From NCBI GenBank assembly GCA_963850305.1, contig CAWKKR010000007.1:800001-864000 (forward strand): a DNA stretch of 64,000 nt, given 5' to 3'. The stretch comes from an uncultured delta proteobacterium (GTDB taxonomy: Bacteria; Myxococcota_A; Polyangia; Polyangiales; Polyangiaceae). Every line of letters starts with the position of its first letter. The first letter of the stretch is position 1. Under the pieces are notes generated by a model that saw only the letters and a program-made list of their open reading frames with translations, was not told the DNA's origin and searched no databases. Positions 54,471 to 64,000 of this stretch are shown here, in pieces. The translations under genes were made by a program, and so were the position numbers.

Positions 54471-56246
54471 ATGAACCTTCGTCGCACGCTCGTCTCCGTA
54501 TTTGCGGTCGGCTTCGTCTGGTCTCTCGTCACGACGGCGTCGGCCTTCCCCGGATTCTTCGCCTACCGCGGCCAGAGGCCGGTGAATCTGTCGACGCACG
54601 TCGTGTTGATGAAAAAAGACCCGATGACCGTGGTCTCGATCATGCCGGACTACGAGGGCGACCTGAAGCCGTTCGCCGTCGTGATGCCCGTGCCCGACGA
54701 CGTGAAGGCGGCTCAGGTTCGCACGCTGCGCCGGGATTTCGTCGATCGCGTCGATCAGATAAGCGCGCCCCGGTTTCACGAGTTCTGGGAGATGGACCCC
54801 TGCGACCCGGGAAAGCTCGAGCAAGAATGGGAGCGGGATCTGAGCGTGCACGGAGGCGGCTTTCTCGGGATGGATTTCGGCAACGGCGCGTCGGAGTCAA
54901 CGACGTTCAAGCCGGGCAAGGAAATGGGGATTTCGGTCTTGCCGGAGTTCAAATCCGGGGAACAGAAATTCTCGATCGTCCCGAACAGCGAGGCTTCCGA
55001 CATAGCGGGCTGGCTCGAGAAGCGCGGTTATTCGTCGCCCGACGGCGTCGACCGAGCGGTAGCCCCATACGTCAAGGCGGGCATGCAATTCCTGGTCGCC
55101 GAGATCGACACGAAGAAGGTCGAACTCACCGGGGGCGACCGCGCAGTGATCTCCCCGATTCGCTACGTCACGAACGAGCCGGTTACCATCGCGTCGACGC
55201 TTGGCCTGTTGAACGCAAAGGACAAGCAGGAGCTCTTCATCTACGTGCTGCACCCGGAGCTTCGATTCGAGGTGAAGAATTATGCGAATGCGTTCCCTCC
55301 GACCAACATCGAGGTGGACTTCAAGGTGAAGGAGCGCCTCGGAGAATTCTACGCCACGCTTCACGATGCGCTCTTGAAGAAGGCCCCGCTCACGTTCCTG
55401 GACGAGTACGCGTGGCCTACGACCGGCTGCGGTCGACCATGTACGAACGAGCCGTTGATGCTCAGCGAGCTTCTGACGCTCGGCGGAGACGTGTTCGAGG
55501 ACGCGCTACCGAAAGCCGAGCGAGAACCGAAGCCGCCAGATATGACGGACGACGAGAAGAAGGCCTTCAAGGAGATCAAGGACGCGAAGCAGAAGAAGCA
55601 GATCGAGCATGATCGCAAGGAGAGCGCGCGGCGTAGAGCAATGATCGCGCGGAACCATTACATGCTCTCGCGGATGCACTTCCGGTACGACAAGACCACG
55701 CTGCCGAGAGATATAGAGGTAGGACCCGGCGCCCAAGTCGAAGGCGGCATCGGAGTTCCGACCGGGCCCAAGGCGACTCTGCCGCTCGATGTAAAACCTG
55801 CGACGGTGAGCCGCTTTCAGACGAGGTTCGTGTCGTTCCATCCGAGCCCCGCGGTGCCTCATTGTGACAAGCCGGAGCGCTATCGATGGGGGAAATCGCC
55901 GCGGACATATCTGGGTCTTCGGAAAATCTGGACGGCCCAGGATCTCGCAACCAAGAACAGGACGAACTTCAAGCTCGCAGACGCGGTGTACACGCCAATC
56001 CCAGCCCTTGGGCTTGCGGGTCAACCAGGCTTGCTCGGAGGCGTCGCGGAAACGAAGAGCTTCTTGCCACAACCCGCGCCCTCGGCGTCGGCAACGTCGA
56101 CGGAGAGCGACACGAACCACAAGACAGGTAGCTGCTCCCTCGTGCATGAAAGCGCACCGGTCGGTAAGGACTGGGCGCTCCTGGCCGCGGGGTTCTGCGC
56201 CCTTCTTCGCCGTCGACGGTCTACTGGCTCGCGTCGGGCATCGTGA
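54471..56246 (+). CDS. DUF2330 protein with a MYXO-CTERM-like tail
   Basis: Signal ASA-FPGFF, YEGDLKPFAVVMPVP, SAPR..EFWEMDPC; tail GSCS..LLAAGFCALLRRRR. Confidence 0.85.
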   Translation: MNLRRTLVSVFAVGFVWSLVTTASAFPGFFAYRGQRPVNLSTHVVLMKKDPMTVVSIMPDYEGDLKPFAVVMPVPDDVKAAQVRTLRRDFVDRVDQISAPRFHEFWEMDPCDPGKLEQEWERDLSVHGGGFLGMDFGNGASESTTFKPGKEMGISVLPEFKSGEQKFSIVPNSEASDIAGWLEKRGYSSPDGVDRAVAPYVKAGMQFLVAEIDTKKVELTGGDRAVISPIRYVTNEPVTIASTLGLLNAKDKQELFIYVLHPELRFEVKNYANAFPPTNIEVDFKVKERLGEFYATLHDALLKKAPLTFLDEYAWPTTGCGRPCTNEPLMLSELLTLGGDVFEDALPKAEREPKPPDMTDDEKKAFKEIKDAKQKKQIEHDRKESARRRAMIARNHYMLSRMHFRYDKTTLPRDIEVGPGAQVEGGIGVPTGPKATLPLDVKPATVSRFQTRFVSFHPSPAVPHCDKPERYRWGKSPRTYLGLRKIWTAQDLATKNRTNFKLADAVYTPIPALGLAGQPGLLGGVAETKSFLPQPAPSASATSTESDTNHKTGSCSLVHESAPVGKDWALLAAGFCALLRRRRSTGSRRAS

Positions 56247-57399
56247 CCCCGCGGAAACCGCTTGCCACGAGGTAATACCGGAACACGTCTCGGCCGACCT
56301 CGTTCGCCTTGCGCCGATACGACGGACCATTTTCGAGCAGAACGCTGAGCGCTATCCGCGGATTGCGGCTGGGTGCGAACCCGATGAACCAGCTGGTCGT
56401 GGGTTCATCGGGGCCTGCTTGCAGCGTTCCGGTCTTACCCGCAGCGCGCACATCTCCGAGGTAGGAGCGCCCTTCCGCGTTCGTGAATGCCTGGAGTGAG
56501 GTGCCGCTGTTCACCGTGACTTCCATCATGCGACGGAGCTCGCGGGCCGTCTCCTCTTGCATGACTCGACCCTCGAACTCGGGGTGCTCGGGCGCGGCGT
56601 AATGGGCCGCGCAGCTCACCAGATGGAGCGCGAGCCTCCTTCCACCGGTGGCCACTATCGTTGCCAGAACAAGGGCCCCCATGGGTGAAAGCCGGCTTCC
56701 GACAAACCCCGCTGCTGCTCGCGCAAATGACAGTTCCCCGATCGGGACCTTGAGCGTCCCCATCGGCGCGGGAACGTCCACGGGCGCGTCGGCCCCGAAC
56801 CCAAACCGACCCGCCGTGGTCAGGAGAACGTCGGGCGTCAGAAAGCGAGTCGCCAGCTGAGCGAACACCGCGTTCCGGCTTCGCCCGAGGGCTTCGCCGA
56901 ACGGACCGCAGAGCGCGCGCCCCGATCGGGGTCGGAACAGGTTGTCTTCCGAGATTCGGGTCCCTCCGCCTTCGACGCACACCATTCGAGCAGGGTCGAC
57001 GTGCTTCTCCAGCAACGCCGTCGTCGTGATCAGCTTGAATACACTCGCCGCCGGCGCGAGCGTGTCGACGGCGACTTCTGGGGCGGGAGCACCGTTCCGG
57101 TATCCCGCCCACGCCAGGATGCGCCCCGACCTGGCGTCCGCGACGAGGATTGCGCCCGATACCGGCCGAGCGGCGGCGAGGAGACGCATGGCCGCGCGCT
57201 GTAGGAAGGGCTCCAGGGTGAGGGTGGCCGTGCCTCCATTTTCCACGTTCGCAGAGGCCGCATCCGCCGTGAGACGGATCGTATCGATATGGATTCGGGG
57301 CGTTGCGTCCGGGAATCCGCGACCTAGCGCGGGAACCGCTGCCGCGACCGCGGCGAGCGCGGTCGGGACCGCGAACCGAGCAACGCGGGCACCGAGCAT
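56221..57399 (-). CDS. Penicillin-binding protein, transpeptidase domain only
   Basis: ASVFK (SxxK), SRN (SxN), KTGT and SWFIGFAP. Confidence 0.85.
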   Translation of the reverse strand: MLGARVARFAVPTALAAVAAAVPALGRGFPDATPRIHIDTIRLTADAASANVENGGTATLTLEPFLQRAAMRLLAAARPVSGAILVADARSGRILAWAGYRNGAPAPEVAVDTLAPAASVFKLITTTALLEKHVDPARMVCVEGGGTRISEDNLFRPRSGRALCGPFGEALGRSRNAVFAQLATRFLTPDVLLTTAGRFGFGADAPVDVPAPMGTLKVPIGELSFARAAAGFVGSRLSPMGALVLATIVATGGRRLALHLVSCAAHYAAPEHPEFEGRVMQEETARELRRMMEVTVNSGTSLQAFTNAEGRSYLGDVRAAGKTGTLQAGPDEPTTSWFIGFAPSRNPRIALSVLLENGPSYRRKANEVGRDVFRYYLVASGFRGVTMPDASQ

Positions 57400-57545
57400 G
57401 TCGTGGGGCCTACCGGGGGTCGCCCATTCACGCAACTTTCCGGCTGTCGTTCGACTCGGTTCTTTAAGGGCGAGCTGATAATGGAGACAAGTTGGCCCGG
57501 ACTGACTGCGGGGTCGTACGATTTTCGTGAAGAACCGGAGGCCCA

Positions 57546-57878
57546 ATGCACCGTCGATTGAACCAGCGCGCGCGAACGGATTGCGATGTCCAGACCCATC
57601 GGGGGACCGTGGTGTCCTCGTATAGAGGCGTCGAGCTATCGCCGACCGGGATCGTCATCGATCGAGGACGGCCTGTCGGCGAGCACGATCAAGGGCTCTA
57701 CGTCGAAATGGAGATTCGACTTCCAGAACGGGTCACGCCGCTCTGGGCGCTCGCCCGACCCGTGTGGTCGTTTGGCACCCAGCAGGCGTTCAAGTTCGTG
57801 AGGATGTCGGACGTCGATCGCCTGAACCTTGCCGAACACGTCGACCTCGCTGAGATCAGGGATCTCGTTCTTCATTGA
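57546..57878 (+). CDS. Stand-alone PilZ-domain protein
   Basis: GGAGG SD; RLNQR (RxxxR) and ELSPTG (variant of D/NxSxxG). Confidence 0.75.
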   Translation: MHRRLNQRARTDCDVQTHRGTVVSSYRGVELSPTGIVIDRGRPVGEHDQGLYVEMEIRLPERVTPLWALARPVWSFGTQQAFKFVRMSDVDRLNLAEHVDLAEIRDLVLH

Positions 57879-58045
57879 CGAGAGCGGACGCGTGACCCGG
57901 GAACGTTTGAGTTCCAGAGTTCGAGCCTGACGTCTTCGGGTGTATCGTCGTCGCCCGGCGAGGACGCTCACATAACGACGGAGCCCTCGGATTGGCGCGT
58001 CGGACCGGGTAGCATGGAACTCGCAATCGACGCGCCCCGACAACC

Positions 58046-58804
58046 TCATCCGAAGCGTTCGAATCCTGCGACCGTCCGGCCGCCGTCTACGTGGATCTCG
58101 TGGCCTGTGACGAACGGAGCCCCGGCAAGATAGACGACCGCGTCGGCTACGTCCTCGGGCGTCCCGAATCTGCCCAGGGGAATGCGTCCACGAATCCTCT
58201 CCAGAGCCTGTGCCGCCATATCGTCCGGAGGCAACACCGTTCCGGGCGCGACCGCGTTGACCCGGACGTCCGGCGCGAGCTCGAGCGATAGGGCACGAAC
58301 CAGGTGTCGCAAGGCACCCTTCGAAACTACGTACGGCAGATGGCGACGGAACGGCACCGTCGCGCTCGAACAGGTGATGAAGACGATCGCGCCACGGGTC
58401 GCTCGCAAATGCGGCGCTGCTCGTTGGGCCAGCGTGAACGGCGACGTGAGGTTCAGTGCGAGCATGCGATCCCAGGCGGCGTCGGTGACCTCTTCGAGCG
58501 ACGCCATTTCAAAGGCAGCGGCGCTGGGCACGAGCAGATCCAGACCACCGAGTTTGCCGATCGCGTCGTCGACGAGTTGACGTGCGCCATCCCTCGTTGC
58601 AAGGTCAGCATGCAGTGGAATTGCCGCGCCCCCCGCCTCGATGACAAGGGCGCATGTTGCATCCGCCTCGGCCGCGCTCGTGTGAAAGTGCACCCCGACT
58701 TGCATTCCGGCCCGGCCGAGCGCCAGGGCAATCACACGCCCCACGCGTTTGCCGGCGCCGGTCACCAGCGCACGGCGTCCGGCCAGTCCGCGTAACCCGC
58801 TCAA
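58046..58804 (-). CDS. SDR oxidoreductase, pteridine reductase/FolM-like
   Basis: TGAGKRVG, YVVSK and VRVNAVAPG. Confidence 0.85.
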   Translation of the reverse strand: MSGLRGLAGRRALVTGAGKRVGRVIALALGRAGMQVGVHFHTSAAEADATCALVIEAGGAAIPLHADLATRDGARQLVDDAIGKLGGLDLLVPSAAAFEMASLEEVTDAAWDRMLALNLTSPFTLAQRAAPHLRATRGAIVFITCSSATVPFRRHLPYVVSKGALRHLVRALSLELAPDVRVNAVAPGTVLPPDDMAAQALERIRGRIPLGRFGTPEDVADAVVYLAGAPFVTGHEIHVDGGRTVAGFERFG

Positions 58805-59523
58805 AGTGGGAACGTCACTTTCGCCGGCCAGCTCCCGGGTGACGGATATTTCGCTTCCTCGAGCACGGAGACGACGCAGTCAACGGCCTTTTCTCCCGAC
58901 TCGTCGCTCGACGCGACGCCCGCAGTCACGGCCGCGCCGCTCGGGTCGACATAGACGGTGGCCGTGAACGTGCCTCGAGCGCCTCGCTTGCAAGCGCTCA
59001 GTTTCGACGACAACGAGCCAACGGTCTCCTCGACGCGACTCGGAGCCCAAGCTGTTGGCGGGCGCTCGTCGTTCGGCATGTCGAACCCGAAGGAATTGTG
59101 AGCAACGCCGTACGTCCCCCCTTGCGGTTCGGGCCAGGTCCTCTGCCGGAGGGCGTCGAGCATGCACTTTTCCGTCTTGCGATCGCCAATCGTGGACCGT
59201 TCGGCGTATGCCCGCAAGATATGCCCGCTGTCATCGATTTTCACGAAGAACGCGATGTCGCCGCCCTCGAGTTCGTTTCGCTGAGCGCCGGCGCTCAGAC
59301 ACCTTTCGAGATCCCCCTGGGCGCCTTGAAAGGTGGAGGTCACCTTCTCCTCGTCGAGGGCGCCTATTTCGGCGGACGCGGACATGGTGGGTCGATCGGG
59401 ATGATCGGGGACCGCAACCTGGTCATCGACCGTCTTCGGAGCGGGCGTCTCTGCGCCGCCGCAACCCGACCCGGCCAGCAGAGGCGCAGAGAACAGCATC
59501 GAGAAGGCAAGTCGATATCGCAT
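58801..59523 (-). CDS. Lipoprotein with two AgmX/PglI-C-terminal (TonB-C-like) domains
   Basis: GSGC lipobox; twice repeated 'C..G...F.v.id.sG...C...' pattern. Confidence 0.65.
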   Translation of the reverse strand: MRYRLAFSMLFSAPLLAGSGCGGAETPAPKTVDDQVAVPDHPDRPTMSASAEIGALDEEKVTSTFQGAQGDLERCLSAGAQRNELEGGDIAFFVKIDDSGHILRAYAERSTIGDRKTEKCMLDALRQRTWPEPQGGTYGVAHNSFGFDMPNDERPPTAWAPSRVEETVGSLSSKLSACKRGARGTFTATVYVDPSGAAVTAGVASSDESGEKAVDCVVSVLEEAKYPSPGSWPAKVTFPL

Positions 59524-59526
59524 GCG

Positions 59527-60564
59527 TTACTCCTCGAGCAAACTGCTCGCCACGGTGTCTGCGAGCGCAGCCTCGCCGCCGGCGCACGCTTCCAGAAATC
59601 GTGCATCGATGTACCCTCGCTGCAATGCGGGCATGGACTCGTCGGTCATCAGAAGGCCGATTGCTTCATGGGTGATCCTGGTTGCCGCGCGAGTTGCCAC
59701 CAGCGCAGCGCCGGCACATTCGGCGTGGGCCACCTCTCCGGAATCCAATCGCGCGACGGCGCTAGCCACGGTGAGCGTGGATGCGTCGAGCAGAGTCGCC
59801 ATGTCGCTGACCCCGAAGTCCTCGTGTTGGGAGCGTCGCCGGTCACTGCGACGGCGATCCGTGACCGCGTCGAATGCGCGCTGCGAAATGCCAATGGCCA
59901 TCGCCGCTGTGAGTACGCGCGAGACGTCGAGCGCGGTCCGGCGCACTGCGTGTGCAGCGTCACCGGTGGCCAGCACCGTCAGGACCGTTACCGGGACTTG
60001 AGTGAACTCCAACGTGGCCCTGGGAACGCGGGGGAGGCCGAGCCCCGAGTCCGCCGCGATGCGCCGAGCCGCCGCTGTCGGATCGAGCAGCCCCACGCGC
60101 GCTTCACCCGCGTCGTTCACGAAGAGAAGGATACAATCCGCCACGCTCGCACCGATGACGGCATCCACTCGTCCGCTGAACAGCCTCTTGCTGTCGTTCA
60201 AGCAGACGGGGTCATCGGCTGACCGAGCCGCATTCCCTACGAATGCGGTGCAACCCACGGCGCGCGCCGTCCTCGCGTCTTCCAGAGCTTGACTGTCCGC
60301 GTGGCTCGCCGCCAGCGTTCGCATGTAGAGCCACGCGCTGGACAACACGGCCCCCAGCGACGCGGAGCGACGGGACAATTGCGTAACAGCGACGGCTGCC
60401 GCTGAGGCGCGCATCTCCCTCAGAAAGCCGTGCGCTCCGAGCTCGGCGCTGGCGCGCCGGAAAAATCCCGATGGGTCACGGGGCAACCCATCCGCGACGT
60501 CGTCGACGAAGGCCCTCGAAGCGTCGAGCGTTCGCTGCGCCTCAGGTGTCCTCGTGAAATCCAT
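59527..60564 (-). CDS. Degenerate acyl-CoA dehydrogenase-fold protein
   Basis: MDFTRTPE, LSRRSASLG, GL..V..ATLEF, AAMAIGISQRAFD and RGYIDAR; catalytic site altered. Confidence 0.75.
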   Translation of the reverse strand: MDFTRTPEAQRTLDASRAFVDDVADGLPRDPSGFFRRASAELGAHGFLREMRASAAAVAVTQLSRRSASLGAVLSSAWLYMRTLAASHADSQALEDARTARAVGCTAFVGNAARSADDPVCLNDSKRLFSGRVDAVIGASVADCILLFVNDAGEARVGLLDPTAAARRIAADSGLGLPRVPRATLEFTQVPVTVLTVLATGDAAHAVRRTALDVSRVLTAAMAIGISQRAFDAVTDRRRSDRRRSQHEDFGVSDMATLLDASTLTVASAVARLDSGEVAHAECAGAALVATRAATRITHEAIGLLMTDESMPALQRGYIDARFLEACAGGEAALADTVASSLLEE

Positions 60565-60615
60565 CGGGGTCGAAAGGATAAGCGTCTTTGCCGGCCGGCT
60601 CCAGACCGATCGAAG

Positions 60616-61401
60616 TCACTCGAGGACTATCGCCGCGGGGAGCTCGTGCAACCGGTCGACGAGCGCTGGCTTCGGATGAACGGCCACGGCGATTCGAGCT
60701 GCCCTCAACATTTCCAAGTCGAAGACGTTATCGCCGAAGCTCGCGAGCCAATCGTGGGCATGAAGTAGCCTGGCGCCAATGACCGCCTTTTCCGGACCGT
60801 ATGGCACGGGGGCCTGCATGCTCGCGGAGATCGTCCCCCCGATTGTCACCGGATGGCTTGCTGCGACGGAGTCGACCTCAATCTTCGCCATGGCCAACGC
60901 CTCGGTTACGACCACGTGGGGCGATGCCGACACCACGATGGTCCGGACGCCCTCGGCGCGGGCGAAATCGAAGATTTCAAGGAGCTCGCGTCGAATTCGC
61001 GCCGGCAAACGGCGCTCGATCAGCACGCGCTGCGCGAGGGTTCGAAGCTCCTCGAGCGTGTGGCCGGCATAGCACCAGGTCATCACCTCGCAGGTGAGAA
61101 GCTCGCTCACTCGGCCATGCCGGTAGGCGGTGTGGAGCGCCTTCGCGACCGTCGATGCCGACCCGGCTGTCGAAAGGCCGTGCGCTCCTGCCACGTCGCG
61201 TAGCTTCGGCATCGCATCGGCGAGCAGGAGTTCATGCTCGCAGGCGAACGCGAATACGTCCTCGCCGACATCGCCGGACCAGAGCGTGCCATCCGCGTCG
61301 AAGGCCACACCGGCGAGCCCTGCGGCGCGGTCCCTGGCGAGCCGCTTGACCACGGCCGCCGCGTCCAGTCGTTCCAGAGTCATCGAGTCCAACTCTCGCA
61401 C
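60616..61401 (-). CDS. HAD-superfamily hydrolase (IB, phosphoserine phosphatase-like)
   Basis: AFDADGTLW, VVSAS, K and GDNVFD motifs. Confidence 0.88.
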   Translation of the reverse strand: MRELDSMTLERLDAAAVVKRLARDRAAGLAGVAFDADGTLWSGDVGEDVFAFACEHELLLADAMPKLRDVAGAHGLSTAGSASTVAKALHTAYRHGRVSELLTCEVMTWCYAGHTLEELRTLAQRVLIERRLPARIRRELLEIFDFARAEGVRTIVVSASPHVVVTEALAMAKIEVDSVAASHPVTIGGTISASMQAPVPYGPEKAVIGARLLHAHDWLASFGDNVFDLEMLRAARIAVAVHPKPALVDRLHELPAAIVLE

Positions 61402-61421
61402 GGTCGTCGACGAAGCGACGT

Positions 61422-61766
61422 TCAGTTCTGAGACCGGAGCGACGCGCGAAAGGCGGGATCTCGCAGGAGAGCTGCGCGATTGGCATCCGGGGCAACTGCA
61501 GGCTGCCCGATGTTCGCCACGTGACGGAGCAAGAACGGGATGCTCGCCATCGCGCCGATGGTGGCCACGGCACTGACCCAGCGCGATTCGTCCGTCGCGG
61601 AGCGCTTGCGAGAAGGGGATGTCTCTTCATCGTCTAGGGTCACGAGAACCTCCGCTTCCTTCAGCTTAGCGGCAATCCGCTTCGCTCCTGTTTCTTTTTG
61701 GCGTCGCCACGGATCTCTCACGGGCGGGTCGCCACACGCGCACCGATACGCGTGCGCAGGATTCAT
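61422..61766 (-). CDS. Hypothetical protein
   Basis: ATGA overlap with the acs stop; fills the gap to the HAD gene; no motif. Confidence 0.35.
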   Translation of the reverse strand: MNPAHAYRCACGDPPVRDPWRRQKETGAKRIAAKLKEAEVLVTLDDEETSPSRKRSATDESRWVSAVATIGAMASIPFLLRHVANIGQPAVAPDANRAALLRDPAFRASLRSQN

Positions 61767-63748
61767 TCGTCCTGTGCGCGCAGTCGGGCGAGCACGGTCA
61801 GATCCTCCAACGTCGATGTATCCCCGGCTGATTCCCTTCCGGCTGCCACATCCTTCAAAAGGCGACGCATGATCTTGCCGCTGCGGGTCTTTGGCAGGCC
61901 TCCATTCGCGAATCGAACCTCATCTGGGCGAGCGAATTTCCCAATCTCCTTGCCGACATGGTCGATGAGGCTCATCTTCGTCTCCAGGCCGGGCTCGAAG
62001 CCCGGTTTCAGGGTCACGAAGACCACCAGCGCTTGCCCCTTCAGCTCGTCTGGACGCCCCACGGCGGCCGCTTCCGCTACGGCGGCGTGCGATACGACCG
62101 CACTCTCGATCTCCGCAGTCCCGATCCGGTGCCCCGCCACGTTGAGCACGTCGTCAATGCGACCGACGACCGTGAAGTACCCTTCCTCGTCACGCCGAGC
62201 ACCGTCCCCGGTGAAGTACATTCCAGTCACGTCGCCGAAGTATTGTTTTCGGAACCGCTCGTCGTCCCCCCACACTGTCCGTAGCATACTCGGCCACGGG
62301 CGTTTCATGACGAACATACCGCCCGCGCCCGGACCGACGCTCCCCCCGTTTCGTGTGACGACGTCCGGCTCGACGCCAAAAAAAGGCAAACCGGTCGATC
62401 CTGGCTTTGCGACGACCGCGCCGGGCAGCGTGGTCATCAGAATGGCTCCTGTCTCCGTTTGCCACCAGGTATCGATCACTGGGCACCGCTTCTTTCCCAC
62501 GGTCTCGAAATACCAGATCCAGGCTTCCGGATTGATTGGCTCGCCGACGCTCCCGAGGAGTCGCAGGCTAGACAGATCGGCTTTCCTTACCCATTCGTCG
62601 CCGGCCCGGATGAAGGCGCGAATGGCGGTCGGTGCGGTGTAGAGGATCGTGACCCGGTGCTTTTCGATGATGCGCCAGAACCGACCCCAATCAGGAAAGT
62701 TCGGCGCCCCCTCATAGAGGACGCATGTCGCGCCGTTCGAGAGCGGGCCATAGACGACGTAGCTGTGTCCGGTGACCCACCCGACATCCGCCGTGCACCA
62801 GTAGACGTCGTCGTCTCGGAGATCGAAGGCATACTTCGTGGAGACATGCACTCCCGCCAGATACCCGGCGGTCGTGTGTAAGATGCCCTTCGGCTTGCCC
62901 GTCAATCCGGACGTGTAGAGTACGAAGAGGGGGTGCTCGGCGTCGACAATCGCCGGGACACGGCCCTCGTCGTGGGTCGCCGCGCGAACCGCATCTTCCC
63001 ACTCGATGTCGCGCCCCTCCTTCATCGAGATCTTCAGTCGCTGCTCTCCGAGCCGACGAAATACGATCACCTTCTCGACGCTCGGCGTGGCTTCGACGGC
63101 CGTGTCGACGGTCGCCTTGAGTGGCACGACGGAACCGCGGCGGTATGCACCATCCTGGGTGATGACGACCTTTGCCCCGCAATCGTCGATGCGATCCCGC
63201 AAGGACTCCGCCGCGAATCCGCCGAAAACCACGGTGTGCGGCGCACCGATGCGCGCACAGGCGAGCATGGCGACGGCGGCTTCGGGGACCATCCCCATGT
63301 AGATTGCGACCCGGTCACCCGGCTTGACGCCGATCCGAACGAGCGCGGCTGCGAATGCGATGGTAGCGTCGTAGACGTCCCTGTATGTCATCGTCCGGGA
63401 GTCTCCGGCGGCACCCTCCGGCTCGCTTTCCCAGACGATTGCCGGCTTGTTCTCGACCGGCGTTCCCAGGAACCGATCGAGGCAGCTCTCCGTAACGTTC
63501 AGCTTTGCTCCCAGGAACCATTTTGCGTGGGGCAACTCCCACTCGAACGTCTTCTTCCACTGCTCGCGAAAAACCAGCTCCGAGGTTTCGCGCTTCCAGA
63601 ACGTGTCCGGCGAATCAAGGCTCTCCCTGTAAAGCCGTTCGTACTCTTCCTTCGATCGGATCCTCGCGCGGGCTCGAAAAGCCGGTGGCGGCTCGTACCG
63701 CCGGTTCTCCTCGAGGAACGTTGCAATCCCGTCTGATGACTCGACCAT
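61763..63748 (-). CDS. acs: Acetyl-CoA synthetase
   Basis: ADVGWVTGHSY, DTWWQTETG, GRIDDVLNVAGHR and LPKTRSGKIMRR; alternative start at 63763. Confidence 0.96.
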   Translation of the reverse strand: MVESSDGIATFLEENRRYEPPPAFRARARIRSKEEYERLYRESLDSPDTFWKRETSELVFREQWKKTFEWELPHAKWFLGAKLNVTESCLDRFLGTPVENKPAIVWESEPEGAAGDSRTMTYRDVYDATIAFAAALVRIGVKPGDRVAIYMGMVPEAAVAMLACARIGAPHTVVFGGFAAESLRDRIDDCGAKVVITQDGAYRRGSVVPLKATVDTAVEATPSVEKVIVFRRLGEQRLKISMKEGRDIEWEDAVRAATHDEGRVPAIVDAEHPLFVLYTSGLTGKPKGILHTTAGYLAGVHVSTKYAFDLRDDDVYWCTADVGWVTGHSYVVYGPLSNGATCVLYEGAPNFPDWGRFWRIIEKHRVTILYTAPTAIRAFIRAGDEWVRKADLSSLRLLGSVGEPINPEAWIWYFETVGKKRCPVIDTWWQTETGAILMTTLPGAVVAKPGSTGLPFFGVEPDVVTRNGGSVGPGAGGMFVMKRPWPSMLRTVWGDDERFRKQYFGDVTGMYFTGDGARRDEEGYFTVVGRIDDVLNVAGHRIGTAEIESAVVSHAAVAEAAAVGRPDELKGQALVVFVTLKPGFEPGLETKMSLIDHVGKEIGKFARPDEVRFANGGLPKTRSGKIMRRLLKDVAAGRESAGDTSTLEDLTVLARLRAQDE

Positions 63749-63841
63749 GGGTACTCCGGGCATCAGGCTGCCCCTCTCTGGCCAGCAACGCAAATCGAAA
63801 GAAGACGGGTGACAATCGCGGTTGGTCTGTGTCCGGCGAGC

Positions 63842-64000
63842 TTACCCGTCAAGGACGGCGAGATACTCCGCCACGACGTGCTGGAGTCCGAAGAAGATCG
63901 CGCGGCTGATGATGGCGTGACCAATCGACACTTCGTCGAGGTGTGGGAGCGTTCGAAAAAGGGCGAGGTTCTCGAGATCGAGATCGTGTCCCGCGTTGAT
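63842..64000 (-). CDS. pdxJ: Pyridoxine 5'-phosphate synthase, 3' end (partial)
   Basis: Hand translation INAGHDLDLENL..DEVSIGHAIISRAIFFGL..YLAVLDG*; not in the ORF track. Confidence 0.9.
   Translation of the reverse strand: MNAGHDLDLENLALFRTLPHLDEVSIGHAIISRAIFFGLQHVVAEYLAVLDG

Overview
A GC-rich (roughly two-thirds GC by eye) chromosomal segment of a myxobacterium, probably Polyangia/Polyangiaceae-like. The assignment rests on MglC, a MYXO-CTERM tail, Cys-rich lipoproteins, an FHA-sigma54 activator beside a Ser/Thr kinase, and an FHA-CpaF fusion. Content is mostly core genome: aroQ, meaB, nth, gyrA, bamA, a parC/parE-like pair, def, yceD-rpmF-fabD-fabG-acpP-fabF-nrdR-ribD, HMG-CoA lyase, purF, pilB-pilT, rhodanese-moeB, acs and partial pdxJ, interspersed with lineage-specific lipoproteins and signalling genes. 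I saw no rRNA, tRNA, CRISPR array, prophage or IS. The sequence looks like a long-read consensus: six genes carry a single 1-nt indel and gyrA has about 20 or more frame switches. Best leads: (1) three long intact enzyme homologues with replaced catalytic motifs (an aconitase fold without Fe-S cysteines, an FHA-CpaF without Walker A/B, an acyl-CoA dehydrogenase fold without the catalytic Glu); (2) an SdpA/SdpB-like partner + HTTM pair beside a Kazal/follistatin-repeat lipoprotein; (3) TANNNT boxes 7-10 nt before start codons, suggesting frequent leaderless transcripts; (4) an Aur1-like PAP2_3 candidate sphingolipid synthase. All family calls come from remembered motifs; no database search was run and no single clearly novel multi-gene system is established.
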